A stretch of DNA of 63,473 nucleotides, counting the filler, from Hausera hauseri (lineage: Eukaryota), in assembly GCA_046269625.1 (NCBI GenBank). It is 12 parts of 12 records of this genome, joined end to end, with 100 filler letters (N's around TTAATTAATTAA, not from the genome) between each part and the next. Parts side by side here need not be neighbours in the genome. Positions count along the whole stretch, not along the records: positions 9,803 to 14,152 come from JBJURY010622775.1; positions 14,253 to 18,999 come from JBJURY010451468.1; positions 19,100 to 23,051 come from JBJURY010862631.1; positions 23,152 to 27,617 come from JBJURY010566895.1; 8 more parts are not named here. One strand, 5' to 3'. A program made the position numbers and the translations under genes. Below, piece after piece: positions 13,660 through 25,830 of the stretch (positions are counted from its first letter, which is position 1; the number at the start of each line of letters is the position of its first letter). Below the pieces are notes generated by a model. It did no database searches. It was given only the letters and a program-made list of their open reading frames with translations, and was not told where the DNA came from.

Positions 13660-14152
13660 GTTTACAATGACGGTTCCGTTTTTCGTTATTTCAACCTCGG
13701 CATCAATTACACTGTAATTGTACATCATGGTAGATTGCTCCCACGCTTTAGCAAAGTGAAACTCCAGTTGCAGGTTTCCCTGCTGAGGTAGTTGAGTCTG
13801 TTCAACGTCATAGTATGGAGCGAGGACAAAGGTGAAGAATGGATAGGTGGACTTGAACAAATCCATCGATATGGCATTGTTGATGTTTTTGTTGAGCAAA
13901 CCCATGTTGTGCACGACAGATTGCATATATGTTCAAACGTAATCATTAGACTCAAATCTTGTTTGTACATCTCAGTGAAATCCTCATTCCTACCCAAACT
14001 GATGTAATTCACATTGCTATGGGTAAACGTTTCCGAATCGGTCGTGTAACTGCCCGTTTGTTAAACAGTCGTTTCAAATGTAACGAGCACAAATTTCGGC
14101 AATCGCATGTCGCCAAACAGTGCATCTTTGTAAAACGTAGTTGAACCTTTCG
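13660..14152 (-). pseudogene. Maverick major capsid protein, C-terminus
   Basis: FFTFVLAPYYD...QQGNLQLEFHFAKA...DAEVEITKNGTVIV; close paralog of 26580-27050. Confidence 0.85.
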
Positions 14153-14252
14153 NNNNNNNNNNNNNNNNNNNNNNNNNNNNNNNNNNNNNNNNNNNNTTAA
14201 TTAATTAANNNNNNNNNNNNNNNNNNNNNNNNNNNNNNNNNNNNNNNNNNNN

Positions 14253-16100
14253 GTATTTTCGCAAATTTGGAACCTGTTAGTATAATCACCTGAAGATCAT
14301 CTATGTTTCCCATATTTTCATTCCATTTATTTACTTGACTCCATAGATCAATTAGTACCGGTCACCGAAAAATATGACTTATAATACCATTCTCACCCGA
14401 AAACCCATCAGTTCGGAAAACAGATCTATCCCATGCTTGGATTTCAACGGGATTCGCAAGCGACGAACCCAGTAGAAGTTTATCTGAACAAGGAACATTT
14501 TCTTTCTGAACATTTCTCAACAACTTTATTGTTTGCTCTACTTCCAGAAATGATGTGAATCTACCTAGACATGCCACCTCCCAGTTAAAGGTAAATTATC
14601 ACCGATTAAACCCTCATACTTGATCTAAAACCCTTTGCAACTCAAATCTAACGCTCGTCCAAACTTCCGAGATCCTCAATCAATTGTTCGTTTCTATCCG
14701 ATCTTTCTGAACACGAATCAATTTTATTTTCTAGATTTATTCTTTTCCTTTTATTATTTTCCAATTTCCCTGTATCATATTTCCCCAAGGACTTTTCAAA
14801 ACGATTCGTTTGAGAGATATAAATTATATCTTTGTGTCATATTCATCGATGGTATAAACGCCTTTACAAGGATTCTTAGATGTCATGGATGGTATTGCAA
14901 TCCTCAGTGATTTAAACTCCCCATCCACAACATATCTTTCACGTATGCCATCAATCTAAACAACCGGAATGTTACTTTTGTCGTATGTTTCCGACCTCTC
15001 TAAGAACTTAATATCGCACAGAAGCCATTTTGGCAGCCCCAGAAACCCTTCGATCATTTCTTTAGAACCTTTAGACCATAAACTCTGTCTTATTCAACCA
15101 TCTCGAAGATACGCATAGCTTCCACAACCGATCAAACCCCCTTTAGTGCTGTTATCATGCTCCTTACAATGGCGATGTCAACAAATGCCGAAATTTCCGA
15201 ACCTTTAATTATCGGCCATAATTTCAATAAACCCCCAACTAGATCAGTGCTGCACTTATTTTTAATTACTTCGACAACTCTTACTTGTCCTCCGTTTACT
15301 GATTCATCGTCTTTAACAGCCTTTTTTGCTTTTTTGCTCTATAGTGAGAATATCCCCATCGACTCGCTACAGGTATGCCACAAGATACACTCTGTAATTT
15401 TTCCAAGTCGGTCTCACCGTCTATCTCGTCTAAGCATCTCTGTTCTCTTTTCCATTGAAAATCTCAATCGAATATCCACATCAGTCAATACATCTTCTGA
15501 CCGGCTCCGAAACCGACAAACAAACTACCACAGTTTATCAAAGATGAAAAAGTCCCCAATCGATTTCTAAGCGCGTCATCAATAGGACTTATTGCTAGTA
15601 TGACGTCTAATTGGTCTCGAACTCTCTGAATGGGGACATTATGCAATACAACTAAGGAACCATCTCTTTGGTGGATTTGATCTCATTGTCTAACAACTCG
15701 GCACATTATTTCATAAATTTCGTGCTTATCTTCAGTTGTTACAACGTATCGTTCCTTTCTTTTACATGCATATCAAAAACGCCAACTGTTTATTTGGAGA
15801 TTCTTCAACTCTTCACTTTATTTTTTATATTCTCCCTTGTCATATCAATAAACAGTTTGGAACAAGTATAACAAATCCAACATGATATTTTATCTTTAGA
15901 ACTAACGTGAAACGTCAATTTCAATTAATCCATGTGATCAGAACATCTAAACCACTCGGATACCTTTCTACCACATGTTTGACATAGTTTGCATTTTTCA
16001 GCTGGTCATCCCTGAATATCCCGCATACTATCTCTAAAATGGCAGTTATCAACCATCAACCTTTGATATATATCTGACAAGACTTTCATTAACGAAAAGC
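14253..16100 (-). pseudogene. Axonemal dynein heavy chain fragment (AAA4-stalk-AAA5), decayed, no evident introns
   Basis: RVRDQLDVILAISPIDDALRNRLGTFSSLINC (AAA4), stalk remnants, LIGDNLPLTGEVACLGRFT, LANPVEIQAW...DGFSGENGII...R*PVLID..SQVNKW. Confidence 0.8.
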
Positions 16101-16422
16101 ACACATTCACAAAAATTTTAAATTCAAATTTTTTCAGTAAAAAATCTTTCTTCTTTAATATTTTCAGTTCAAAATAATATATCTCTTAACAACATTCTGG
16201 CAACCGTTTAAACAAATTCAAGGCAGAAAATGGGTACCTGAATATTTTAAAACTCTATATTAACAATCAACATCATTAATCTGACGATTTCTTTTAAAAC
16301 CCTGTGGGACAGTAAAAAATGTTACTTTATGAGTTATCTGGCCATATGCACTAATTGGAATACATGAAAACTACACGAGAACATGTCTTCATCTTAATTG
16401 TTAGTGATCAACATAGCTGGTT

Positions 16423-16640
16423 AGTAGGAGGAAAATGGCGGTTCGGTCCCACCTCCAGGGGGTGTGCGGATCGATATTGCACATGTGCCAATCGGTAGTA
16501 CGCATGGAGCACTATCGATCCATAAAGTGCTAGGCAACGGTGCCGGTAGGCACCGTTGCTAGGGGCACTTTTGCACTTTTGACAAATCGACCGCTGCACA
16601 GTGCAGTATTGATCGAGATTTTGAATTCAATCGCACACCT
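16423..16640 (+). repeat. AGTAGG-initiated transposon terminus (Maverick-like TIR), homologous to 42480-42672
   Basis: Aligns by eye with the reverse complement of 42480-42672. Contains the perfect hairpin GCAACGGTGCC-GGTA-GGCACCGTTGC. Confidence 0.55.
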
Positions 16641-18299
16641 TTTCCCACTCTTCACAATGGTACCCCCTTACCACTTTTTTGAGTTTTTTACATTTTTTCC
16701 CATAAACAACTTCAAGCTCCAAACAAATGGTGTTGACAGATATACTTCATGTTACTCTATCTCACCATGTGTTTCTTGTGTTTTTTGTGTTTTTTGTGTC
16801 TTTTGTGTTTTTGTGTTTTACTCTTTTTCTTCGTTCCTTTCTTCGTATAAAACCATACAGTCAATCAAAATAAAACTGACAAATTACATGTATGCAACTC
16901 ACAATTTTCGGTTCTGACAAATTGCCGATTTGCAGTTTAATCAGACAACATTTTTTTCTCGTTCTTCTTATTGTACCTCCTTACTTCTTTTTTGCTTTTA
17001 TCATGCTTTTCGTCTTCCCGTTAACTCCAAACAACAAATTCATCTTCTATTAATCTGTACCGGTTTTGGGCCTGCACGCTGTTGGTAATTTTTTGTCTTT
17101 TAGGATGTTTCTGTCCTTTGCTAAACATCAAATCGATCCGGCCTTTTTCCAATAGCCTAATAACAATTTACTTGTTCCGATACCACTTGGAGGGGATGCA
17201 GCTACAACTTTAAAGATACAAAAATGAGAATTCTGCGCCACTTTTTGTTTGCGTCCCTTTCTTCCGGTTAAGCAAACTCTGACTAAAATTTTTCTCTGTT
17301 AAATGCGCCATGTGCGACTCTACAAAAGTACGTTTTTTATGGTGTAAATTTTTCCAGGAAAAATTACTGATTTTTCTCCTGCGTTTTCTCCCGGATGCCG
17401 AAATCTTATGGACTGTCATTGTTGTCCATTGTACTCACCATGTTCGATTTGACAAAAACGCACTATGTATGCGCGTCAAGCACGCTTCCTATTGGTTATT
17501 TGGAGAGGGTGGGGCAGAATGCCAATTTCTATGCTACATACTTGCCGCAGAAAAAGTGAAACCCAGTAAAAGGACATTAAAGAAGTCAAGTTGGAATTTG
17601 TTAACTCGACGGTAACGATTGAGAAATTGCACGTTTTGAGTGGAAAGTGAAATATAGATTGATAAAAGGGAAATGAAATGAAAGGAAAATTTTAGAATGA
17701 AAGAAATCGAAATGATAAGTTATGGAATAAGAAATAAACAAGAAACAATTGCATTCAATCTAGGAGAATAGATTCTTTAGCGATTTTTATTTTAATTTTT
17801 ACGTCATCCTTTATGATGTTGTCTATAAGCTGCAAGGCGTTGTCTTTTGTTCTATAAAGGTTTTCGGCTATGCTGATTTTGATTCTATAGTTTGTTTTAA
17901 CGTAGTATAAACATGTTTTCCACTGTTATATAAATGATGTCTTAATTTTTTAAATATACCATAAAATAAAATTAAAAAACACCGGATTCAATATTAGTAT
18001 AGTTGAAAACATTTGTGTATCAAATGATTGGACGATATGGTTGTTGGGTATAACAAAAATGTTGTGGTCTAATTACAAAAATCCATTATTTTGAGAACAT
18101 ACGATAAAACTCACCAAAATCATATGGCTAAATACTGAAGAAGGCAATGTCTGCCGAATGTCCGAAATAAATAAAATGTAAAGCTATTGAATATTTATTT
18201 TAACGGAAGTTATGTTCAATTTTAAGTGATAAAACTTCGAAATTATTAAAAAACATTTCTGTGCGAAAAAATTATTTTACTTATTCATTGACTCTACTG

Positions 18300-18999
18300 T
18301 ACCTGGTAAAGCTTAAATTATGTAACAAACTGGAAAGCTAAAAATTATTTGGACAACATGATTGGATGCCATTTATCTTTTCAAAATGCCCCATAAATTT
18401 TCTATAGGGCTTAAATCAGGTGATTATGCTGGCAAGTGAAGTAATATTAATCTGGAAGCATCAAGAAACTGTGTTGTTTGTCGACTGCGATGAATAGGAC
18501 AGTTATCCTGTTGGAAAACCATGTTGTTTGCCGGTAAGTTAAGCGGGATAGCATTATCAGTGATTATTTGAATGTACTCTTCTGAATGTAGCCGATGGGA
18601 GACCTGACAGAGGCATTTTTGACCACTACCAGAGAAAGCACACAATTATGTGATCACCGTCAGAGTGAACAGTTGCAGAAGTCTTCCCTCGCTGAAGACC
18701 GATACCTTGTTGAATACGGATATATCGTTGCTTTTGGCATAATGGAAGAGGTACAATGGAGTCTTGTCACTGAATAGAGCACACCGCCACTGAGCAGGAG
18801 TCCAGTGGAGATGATCTTTTTTCCATTGCAAGCGGAACTGACAATTTCTTTCCGTTAACAAAGGTTTCTTTTTAACATTTCGCCACATAAAGCCACCGCT
18901 GCATAATCCCCGTCATGTATTTTGTAGAGCTCTTCCTGTCAACCGGAAATTGGCTCTGGACATTCGAAGTAAGGCTCTATCATCCCTTACTGTAGATTT
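18300..18999 (-). mobile_element. Tc1 DD34E transposase remnant
   Basis: KKKPLLT...HLHWT..QW...LFSD; FQQDNCPIH...SPDLSPIENLW with 34-residue spacing. Confidence 0.88.
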
Positions 19000-19099
19000 N
19001 NNNNNNNNNNNNNNNNNNNNNNNNNNNNNNNNNNNNNNNNNNNTTAATTAATTAANNNNNNNNNNNNNNNNNNNNNNNNNNNNNNNNNNNNNNNNNNNN

Positions 19100-20183
19100 T
19101 TACCAATGCCATCTTATTTCGTATGATTTAATAATTTAATTTACATTCGTTCAGTATTATTTCTCTATATAAACTTCTGATCTCTTCTGATATAGTTGGT
19201 CAAAAATCGATTTTATTATTGAAGTATTGCGTCAATTTTATGTCCTTCTTATGTAATTTTGTTTTAGCTTGTGCTATCTCCTTTGATGAGAGGTAAATAC
19301 CTTTATAATTGATTTTAGACATTTCGTCATTGCATTTATTGATTATTCCGATAATTTTAAATCTCATCATTTCTTCAGAGTTTTCTGAATATACCACCGT
19401 TGCCACTTCCATCATTTTTACTTCTTTAGCTCCTTCTTTATAGGTCGCCATCTCTTTTTCAACTGTTTTTCCTACCGTTCTATTAAATTTTCCTTCTTTT
19501 AGCAGAGTTAAATGCATCTATTTGAGGATACTTCCCACGTCATCTTAGATTCTCCAGTATCACATTCCCCATTATCGTATTCACACTCACTCATTGTTGT
19601 CATAAGCTTAGTTTGTGAGTCAAATAATCCTTTATACTGCTTTAGTTTGACTTGGTAATCTTCAATGGCCACTGTTCTAGGTGCGATGGTACCTCCAACA
19701 TCATAGTCTACTCCTTTACATGTGCCTTCCATTGTTTTATCTATTCTTCCGGCTCTGAAAATTCGGGTATATTTTATTTTATTTCGTACTGCTGGTATTT
19801 GTGCATTTTGTGTTGTCATGATTCCTATTTTAAATGTCTTGACATTCTGCACGTGATATTATTATTGGCTGAAAAGGCGTCGTTGGTTCTATAGTAGCAG
19901 AATTCCCAGAATAGTATGCACAATTGAATAAAAAGAATGATTTCTTTACAAAATATTCCCTAATTTTCGCTTTGATAAATTCTGATCCCTGGTAGACCCA
20001 ATAACTGTGACCATTACTTGCAATTAACTGTTCCGGGTCTGCTTCAAGGCATTTTCCCAAATCCACCAAGGAGTACTTCTGTCCTTTTTGGGCTTCGAAC
20101 AATTATAAGCCACAATATCCATTGCTTTAGGCATACATATGGATACCATTAATAATAATTGTAATATCTCCATAAATGACATT
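19100..20183 (-). pseudogene. Env-like viral glycoprotein (chuvirus/Jingchuvirales-like Cys pattern), N-terminal half
   Basis: Signal peptide MSFMEILQLLLMVSIC, then IVAYNC...YSLVDLGKC...FNCAYYS...ISRAEC...GTCKGVDY...CEYDNGECDTGE..TW...YFNNKIDF...LYREIILNECKLN. Confidence 0.7.
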
Positions 20184-20239
20184 CAACCTAAGCCTTGTTT
20201 TATTGCATTAGGTGGCATTGATATTGGTTTCTCATATGA

Positions 20240-20700
20240 TCCTCCTTCGAGTCTTATTTTACCACTCATCAGACTTGGTACCCATCCACCTCTATATTGT
20301 ACCCAATTCTCCAAAGTGTCTCATAATATTTTAACCGTTACTTTTATGTTTCTTTCAATTTCTTCTAGATTTGGAGTTTGGCAATTAATAAGAATTACTT
20401 TATATAACAAGTAGGCAACAGCCGTTATAACTTTTTTTCTAGAAATTCCTGTTGCGAACATATTTTCCAATATATCTTGCTCGTGTAATTTATTAATTCT
20501 TTCTTCATTAATATTCTCATAAAACTGCCTGCTAATTCTTAGCATATTATTACGCAACGTCTGAAATAATTCATAGGGTATAGAGATCTGCATGTTGAAC
20601 GATGCAAATGACGTATGTAACTTCGCTAATAGTGTTCTTAACAGAGGGTCTATATCTATTGTTTCCGACGATGTATCCGTTCCTGCCAATAATAGACGTA
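20240..20700 (-). pseudogene. Bcl-2-family domain inside the retroelement polyprotein
   Basis: BH3-like LFQTLRNNMLRISRQF, BH1-like ENMFATGISRKKVITAVAY, BH2-like DTLENWVQYRGGW. BH2 is in frame just past a single TGA at 20321-20323. Confidence 0.7.
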
Positions 20701-20869
20701 GTACTATTTCCTCATTTCTATCTCTTTTATTACGGATATTGCTTATCTTCGTTCCTCTTGGCCTTCTCCTTCTCTTAGCTTCAGTTTGTACCGTAACATC
20801 CTGAGTTTTACCTAATGGTTGTTCTGATGCTTCAGATGGTTGTAATTCCCCTATTATATTATCTATCGT

Positions 20870-21120
20870 TTCTTCCGCTCTTGTATCTGGGTGTATCTCC
20901 GTTATCGTAATCGGGTTATAATTCTCACTTCTACAACCAATTCGTAATAATTTATCATAACTATATAACGCTCTTCCATATAAGCTTAACCCGTATACTT
21001 TTTCTTTATAGAATGGTTCTACTTCTTCAATCTTCTCTCGCAACGTTAATATGTCATCCGTTTCATTCATTCTGAGGATTCCCAAACCTTTGTTTCCTTT
21101 CTTTAGTGTTATTCTTATTG
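20870..21120 (-). pseudogene. Degenerate PDZ-like segment
   Basis: IRITLKKGNKGLGI and IGCRSENYNPITITEIHPDTRAE resemble PDZ betaA-GLGF and betaC-alphaA, separated by an insertion. Confidence 0.4.
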
Positions 21121-21782
21121 ATTCATTTCTTCCCTTTTTATCTATTCCCTTTTCCCCGTGCTATTTCTCTTATTGGACTGTTGTCGTGAGCAAGTAGTAG
21201 TAAATGAAATAAAATTTCATTTATCTTAATTATGGATACTTTACTGTCTATCAGTTTTAATATGGTGCTCATTGCTTGGTTTACGTCGACAATATTTTCA
21301 GGATCAATGACAACTACTGCTTGAATAGGATCATCTTCAGCATCCAAATCGAACTCTGTCTCATGCATTACCTGTTCAATTACGGTTTTGTCAAATATCT
21401 TCGTAGGGTGTACCTCGTTCTCGCTTTCCTCTGATGCTGATTTGCCCTGTTTACTTTTTCTTCGTCCTCTTCTCTTTTTTCCACATCACTTTTCTCCACA
21501 CAGGTTTCTCGGGATTCTACATCTATTATCTTTTTATTACCTTTCTTTCTTCCGTGACGTGGTTTTTCTCCTTTTGGTTTTTCTTCCGTTACATAGACAC
21601 TATTTTCTCTCACTCTTTTCTGTTGGACTTTATAATCTTTTAGTTCCATCTCTAATTGCATTTTCATACGTTGAGATAATATATCATTAACAAAATTCAC
21701 AATTTCTTTTTATCTTTCCTTTTTGTTTCATGTTCACTATCTTCCGTTTCATATTCCTTATCTGATGATTCATTCGAGGTAG

Positions 21783-22800
21783 CTAACGTATAACCTTTTT
21801 TTCGCTTATCACCATTGAACTTTTCCGAGCCTTTTTACATGACCTACGTGCCTTTGCTATATGGCCATATTTATTACAATTAAAACACTTTAATCTTCCT
21901 TCCGAATCTATATTAGGCAATGCCATTCCGTTCTTTGAATCTCTTTTCTTGTGTTTCTTTTCTCCGTTGTTTTTTAATTTAAACCTTACTGTCATTTCTA
22001 CATCTGATTCAGTTTCTGTTGCTGACGTTTGTGACGGACTTCGACTGCTATCATATCGCTGGTATCTTTGGGTACTATTATCCTTTCGTTTATCATAATT
22101 GTTATTATCGTTTCTTGACTTTGTTCATTTATATAATTCGGCGTCCCGTTCAGCTTTTCGTGCTTTCCTTATGGTTTCTTGAAACGTAGACGGGTCAGCT
22201 TGTAAAATTATACTTCTTAACTTTCCTTCTAACCCATACTGGAATTGAGCCAACAGCGCATTACTTCTTATTGCTGCATGAGTATAAGCCCTTGCGGCTA
22301 ACTTTTCTAGTGTACAGGCAAAATCCTAAACCGTATCATTTTTTCATTGCCTCCCTCGTATAAATTCTTCTATCCTCCCCTTTCCAGAGGGATCTATTAG
22401 AAATTTTTGAGGTAACTTCTCTTTGACAGTTTTCCAATCCCTTTTGTCTTCGGTCGGCATCTGAAAGTAAATCGTTAATGCAGTTCCTTTAAGATGGAGA
22501 GGTAATCTGTACATTCTTTGTTGGTCATTCCATCCAAAACTCTTTAAATATACTTCATATTTCATAATAAAATCCTGTATCTTTTTTTCCTAAAAACTTC
22601 TTCATAGGTAAGGTGAAATTCGCTTTAGATTGGATCATCTGTTTTACATTATGGTCGTTTCGAGACATTCTACTATCCTGTTCTTTATTTAAGTTATTCA
22701 AAAATTCCAAAGCAAATGGTACGTTATCGTCGGTTTCGTTCGTCCTAAATGGTGTGCCTTTACGAGCCGTAATTTTGCTATTTCAAGGGTTCCCTAACTT
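21783..22800 (-). pseudogene. Gypsy gag (capsid plus CCHC knuckle), disrupted
   Basis: GWNDQQRMYRLPLHLKGTALTIY, LAQFQYGL...STFQETIRKARKAE, CFNCNKYGHIAKA. Confidence 0.85.
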
Positions 22801-22823
22801 ATCTAAAGGTTTCGTAATTTTGT

Positions 22824-22842
22824 ATCCCGTGTCACAGCATCA
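22824..22842 (-). promoter_or_regulatory. Primer binding site, tRNA-His-like
   Basis: TGATGCTGTGACACGGGAT, 3 nt after the LTR end; resembles the His PBS TGGTGCCGTGACTCGGAT. Confidence 0.65.
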
Positions 22843-23179
22843 GATTGTTAAAATTATTTAGAGTTTACTCAATTACTTTCTTTTATTTATGAATGAAATA
22901 GGACAACAAAGTTTCTCCAATGTCAAAGTATATGTAAATAAACCAAGTCAAGAAATAATATACACATGTCATCAAATCCAATATATTATCAATCACCAAA
23001 AACAAGTTAACAACTTACGTGAGGTCATAGCAATCAACAAAAGAAAACTAANNNNNNNNNNNNNNNNNNNNNNNNNNNNNNNNNNNNNNNNNNNNTTAAT
23101 TAATTAANNNNNNNNNNNNNNNNNNNNNNNNNNNNNNNNNNNNNNNNNNNNAACAGGAACTGCCGCTACTGCCCGAGAA

Positions 23180-23300
23180 ACCCGATGTGTATCGTATTCA
23201 GTAAATTCTATGCTCACGTGGCAAAGGTTGGAATAAACAATATCTCGTCAAGTGGCACGGATACACAGTACCGAGTTGGATTTTTGCATCAAAGATTCAA
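23180..23300 (+). pseudogene. Chromodomain at the C-terminus of the Maverick integrase
   Basis: VYRIQ*ILCSRGKGWNKQYLVKWHGYTVPSWIF, in a frame the ORF track does not show. Confidence 0.75.
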
Positions 23301-24357
23301 TGTGCAGCATTACTTGGTACTTGATAGTAACAGATCACTATCACAGTATGATGAAAATGACAATACCGCTAAACAGTTTACCATGTACTTTGAACAACGC
23401 GTCGATTTACTCAACGGAGCCTGGGAAGTGACTTTGACGGAATTCACATTTACATTTATACCAATGAATATACGTCAGAACAGTGGTATTTATTTAACAC
23501 GACAAGAAACGTACCCTATTTCAAATAGTTTGCGGACAATCCGACACAATAACCGATATACTCTTCGCAATTATTAGCGAAAAAATTTCTCAGTTTATGC
23601 TTATTTTCCAAACTACCGCATGAAACTAATGCATCGAAATCCCATTAAAATGCAGTTTAATTCTATAGCTGATGCTCAGGCATGTGGTGTTCAATCAGTC
23701 AATGTACACTCAAAACTTCTACGGCTTGGCGGACATGTTATAATTGGTAAAAAATTGGACCTTTTATCCAATGCGGAATCCGATATTATAGTAAAGTGGA
23801 CTAAGTCAGAATCAGTCTGCCGTTCATATATTATACAAAACGATTTATCAATGGAAACGGAACTGGAATTGTGTGAATACGTCAAGAAAACGGCTACATT
23901 AGCTGCAAAGACATGTGAAATAAACGCCGATGGCCATATTTTGCTTACACTACATGACAATGTAAGATATTTTGCTTTTGATGAATTATTGGCTCAGACT
24001 CTGGGTTTTTCAAAACGCGAATTATATTAAAACATTGTTGGACGATCTATTGTTGCAAAATACAAACTACAACTCTATGGAGCATTTTATAGAATCAACA
24101 TTTTGACTGACTTAGCCGAATCTGTACTCCTTGGTTGAGAACGTAAACAACTAGTGGCTTCTATCGAACTGAATTTTGACGCGTACAAAACATCGGCTGG
24201 AACTGTTCGCGTAAATATGCTCAGACCCATATACTTATCATTGTCTCACAATATTGTGCACAGTATTTCCGTGTATATGCTTCATGAATTTTGGGAACCC
24301 ATTAAATTTCTGTTTGGGTCAAAGACACATTTGACATTACATTTTCGACGTCGATAA
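23300..24357 (+). pseudogene. Maverick minor capsid (penton) paralog 1
   Basis: HYLVLDSNRS...NTAKQFTMYFEQRVDLLNGAWEVTLTEF ... PIYLSLSHNIVHSISV...THLTLHFRRR. Confidence 0.75.
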
Positions 24358-24393
24358 TAAACAAACTGCGTCATCACCATCATCATCGAGATC

Positions 24394-25471
24394 ATGAGTA
24401 TTTACATGGTGTTGCCGAGCAACAGTTGTCCAACGACTCGTCCGAACAAATCCGCTAGTGAATACGTTGTATATTGGAACAATCCTTTGAATTTATCTGG
24501 AAAATAGGATGTTGCAATGACAGAATTTAACTTTCCCTACGCACCGGTGATATTAAAAGGTTGTATGAAAATAATGTATAACAAGACTGTTACTGAAACC
24601 AAAACACATTCTTATCCTGTGACACTTACTAACAATAAAATAACGTTTGGAGAATCAGCCATTTGCACGACCAAAGCAAATTACGGTTCAAACTGAAAGA
24701 TCGGTGTTTCTATTTTAGATCAATACTTACATTTTATGGCAGATTTTGAATTTACTGTTACCTTTGAGTCCTCTGATATGGCGCAGAAATTTGGATTCAA
24801 AAATACAGAGTACAAAGTTAACATGTTAAAAGTGAAAAGTGTAGTTGGTCCAAGATTAAGTCCTGTATATTACCAGACAACGGTAAAATTTACCTATACA
24901 GCAGTAAAGGTGTCATCTTCATACGTATCGATTGAAGAAAATGTCTGTTGCGAATCTGTAGCACATCTCTGTCAACATTTCTCTTTAAATCAAAAGTACA
25001 AAAAAATATTTAAAGTTTTCGATTCAGATGCAAATGAGTTCATTAAATTTGATCTAGCTAAGGATATTGTCGACATTTTATTGGACAAAGCTTTGGCCAT
25101 GACATTGGGTTTTTGAAAAACAGCGCATTAAGGCATCGACGGCGGTGGCACATGTTACAACACTTAAACCCAAAATGAAAACTGCTCTAAGTCAAATGTA
25201 CATTTATGTGAACGTCACCGAACCAATTTTGGTCGGTGGAGTACGTGTACCGCTACTCCGTGCAATTTATCCGGAAAGCAACAAGTATACTGCTGGCGAC
25301 AATTATACTGTCAAGCTCGATAATCCAATGTACCTACCTGTGGCATCTACATCTATAAATAATGCTAAAGTGAATATCCGATGTGACGCGGGCTACCTCA
25401 TTGAATTTCCGTACTTTACCACAACCAGTCAAACTCTTTATTTCCGTCGAATCCAACAACAACATTATTGA
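24394..25471 (+). pseudogene. Maverick minor capsid (penton) paralog 2
   Basis: MSIYMVLPSNSCP...LNLSGK*DVAMTEFNFP ... IYVNVTEPILVGGVRVPLLR...PMYLPV...TLYFRR. Confidence 0.8.
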
Positions 25472-25479
25472 TTCCGAAA

Positions 25480-25830
25480 TCGTTTGCATTTACAGTAAAC
25501 CCAAGCAGGGTGGTGAACTTTCGTATTTTGTTTGCAAACAGTATGGCTCTTCTTGGTTACGTACATTGGCACGTTTAGCATTTCCGGTGTTGAAGCGCAT
25601 TGGAGCATTCGCAGCAAAAGAGCACAGGTCATACTATATGAAAAGAAATCGATTTTACCATCATTGGAGGAACACGCCTTATCAGAAATAAAAAGCACTG
25701 CACCGGATATCGTTGAATCAGTCAAAAAAGAATTCTCTGGCAGTGGCTTGAGAAAACGCCGTAAAGCATCATCGAGCTCACCAACCATAAGCAAACTTCG
25801 TCGTCGTACGATTTTTGAATTACCGACAAA
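25480..25830 (+). pseudogene. Maverick small basic core protein (adenain substrate)
   Basis: KQGGELSYFVCKQYGSSWLRTLARLAFPVLKRIG ... SGSGLRKRRK...RRRTIFE. Confidence 0.6.

Larger units (their letters stand above)
19100..23051 (-). mobile_element. Gypsy-type LTR retroelement 5' half: LTR-PBS-gag-(PDZ-like)-(Bcl-2-like)-glycoprotein
   Basis: LTR end ...TAACA at 22846, PBS at 22824-22842, gag capsid and zinc knuckle, then accessory domains with no pol in between. Confidence 0.8.
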
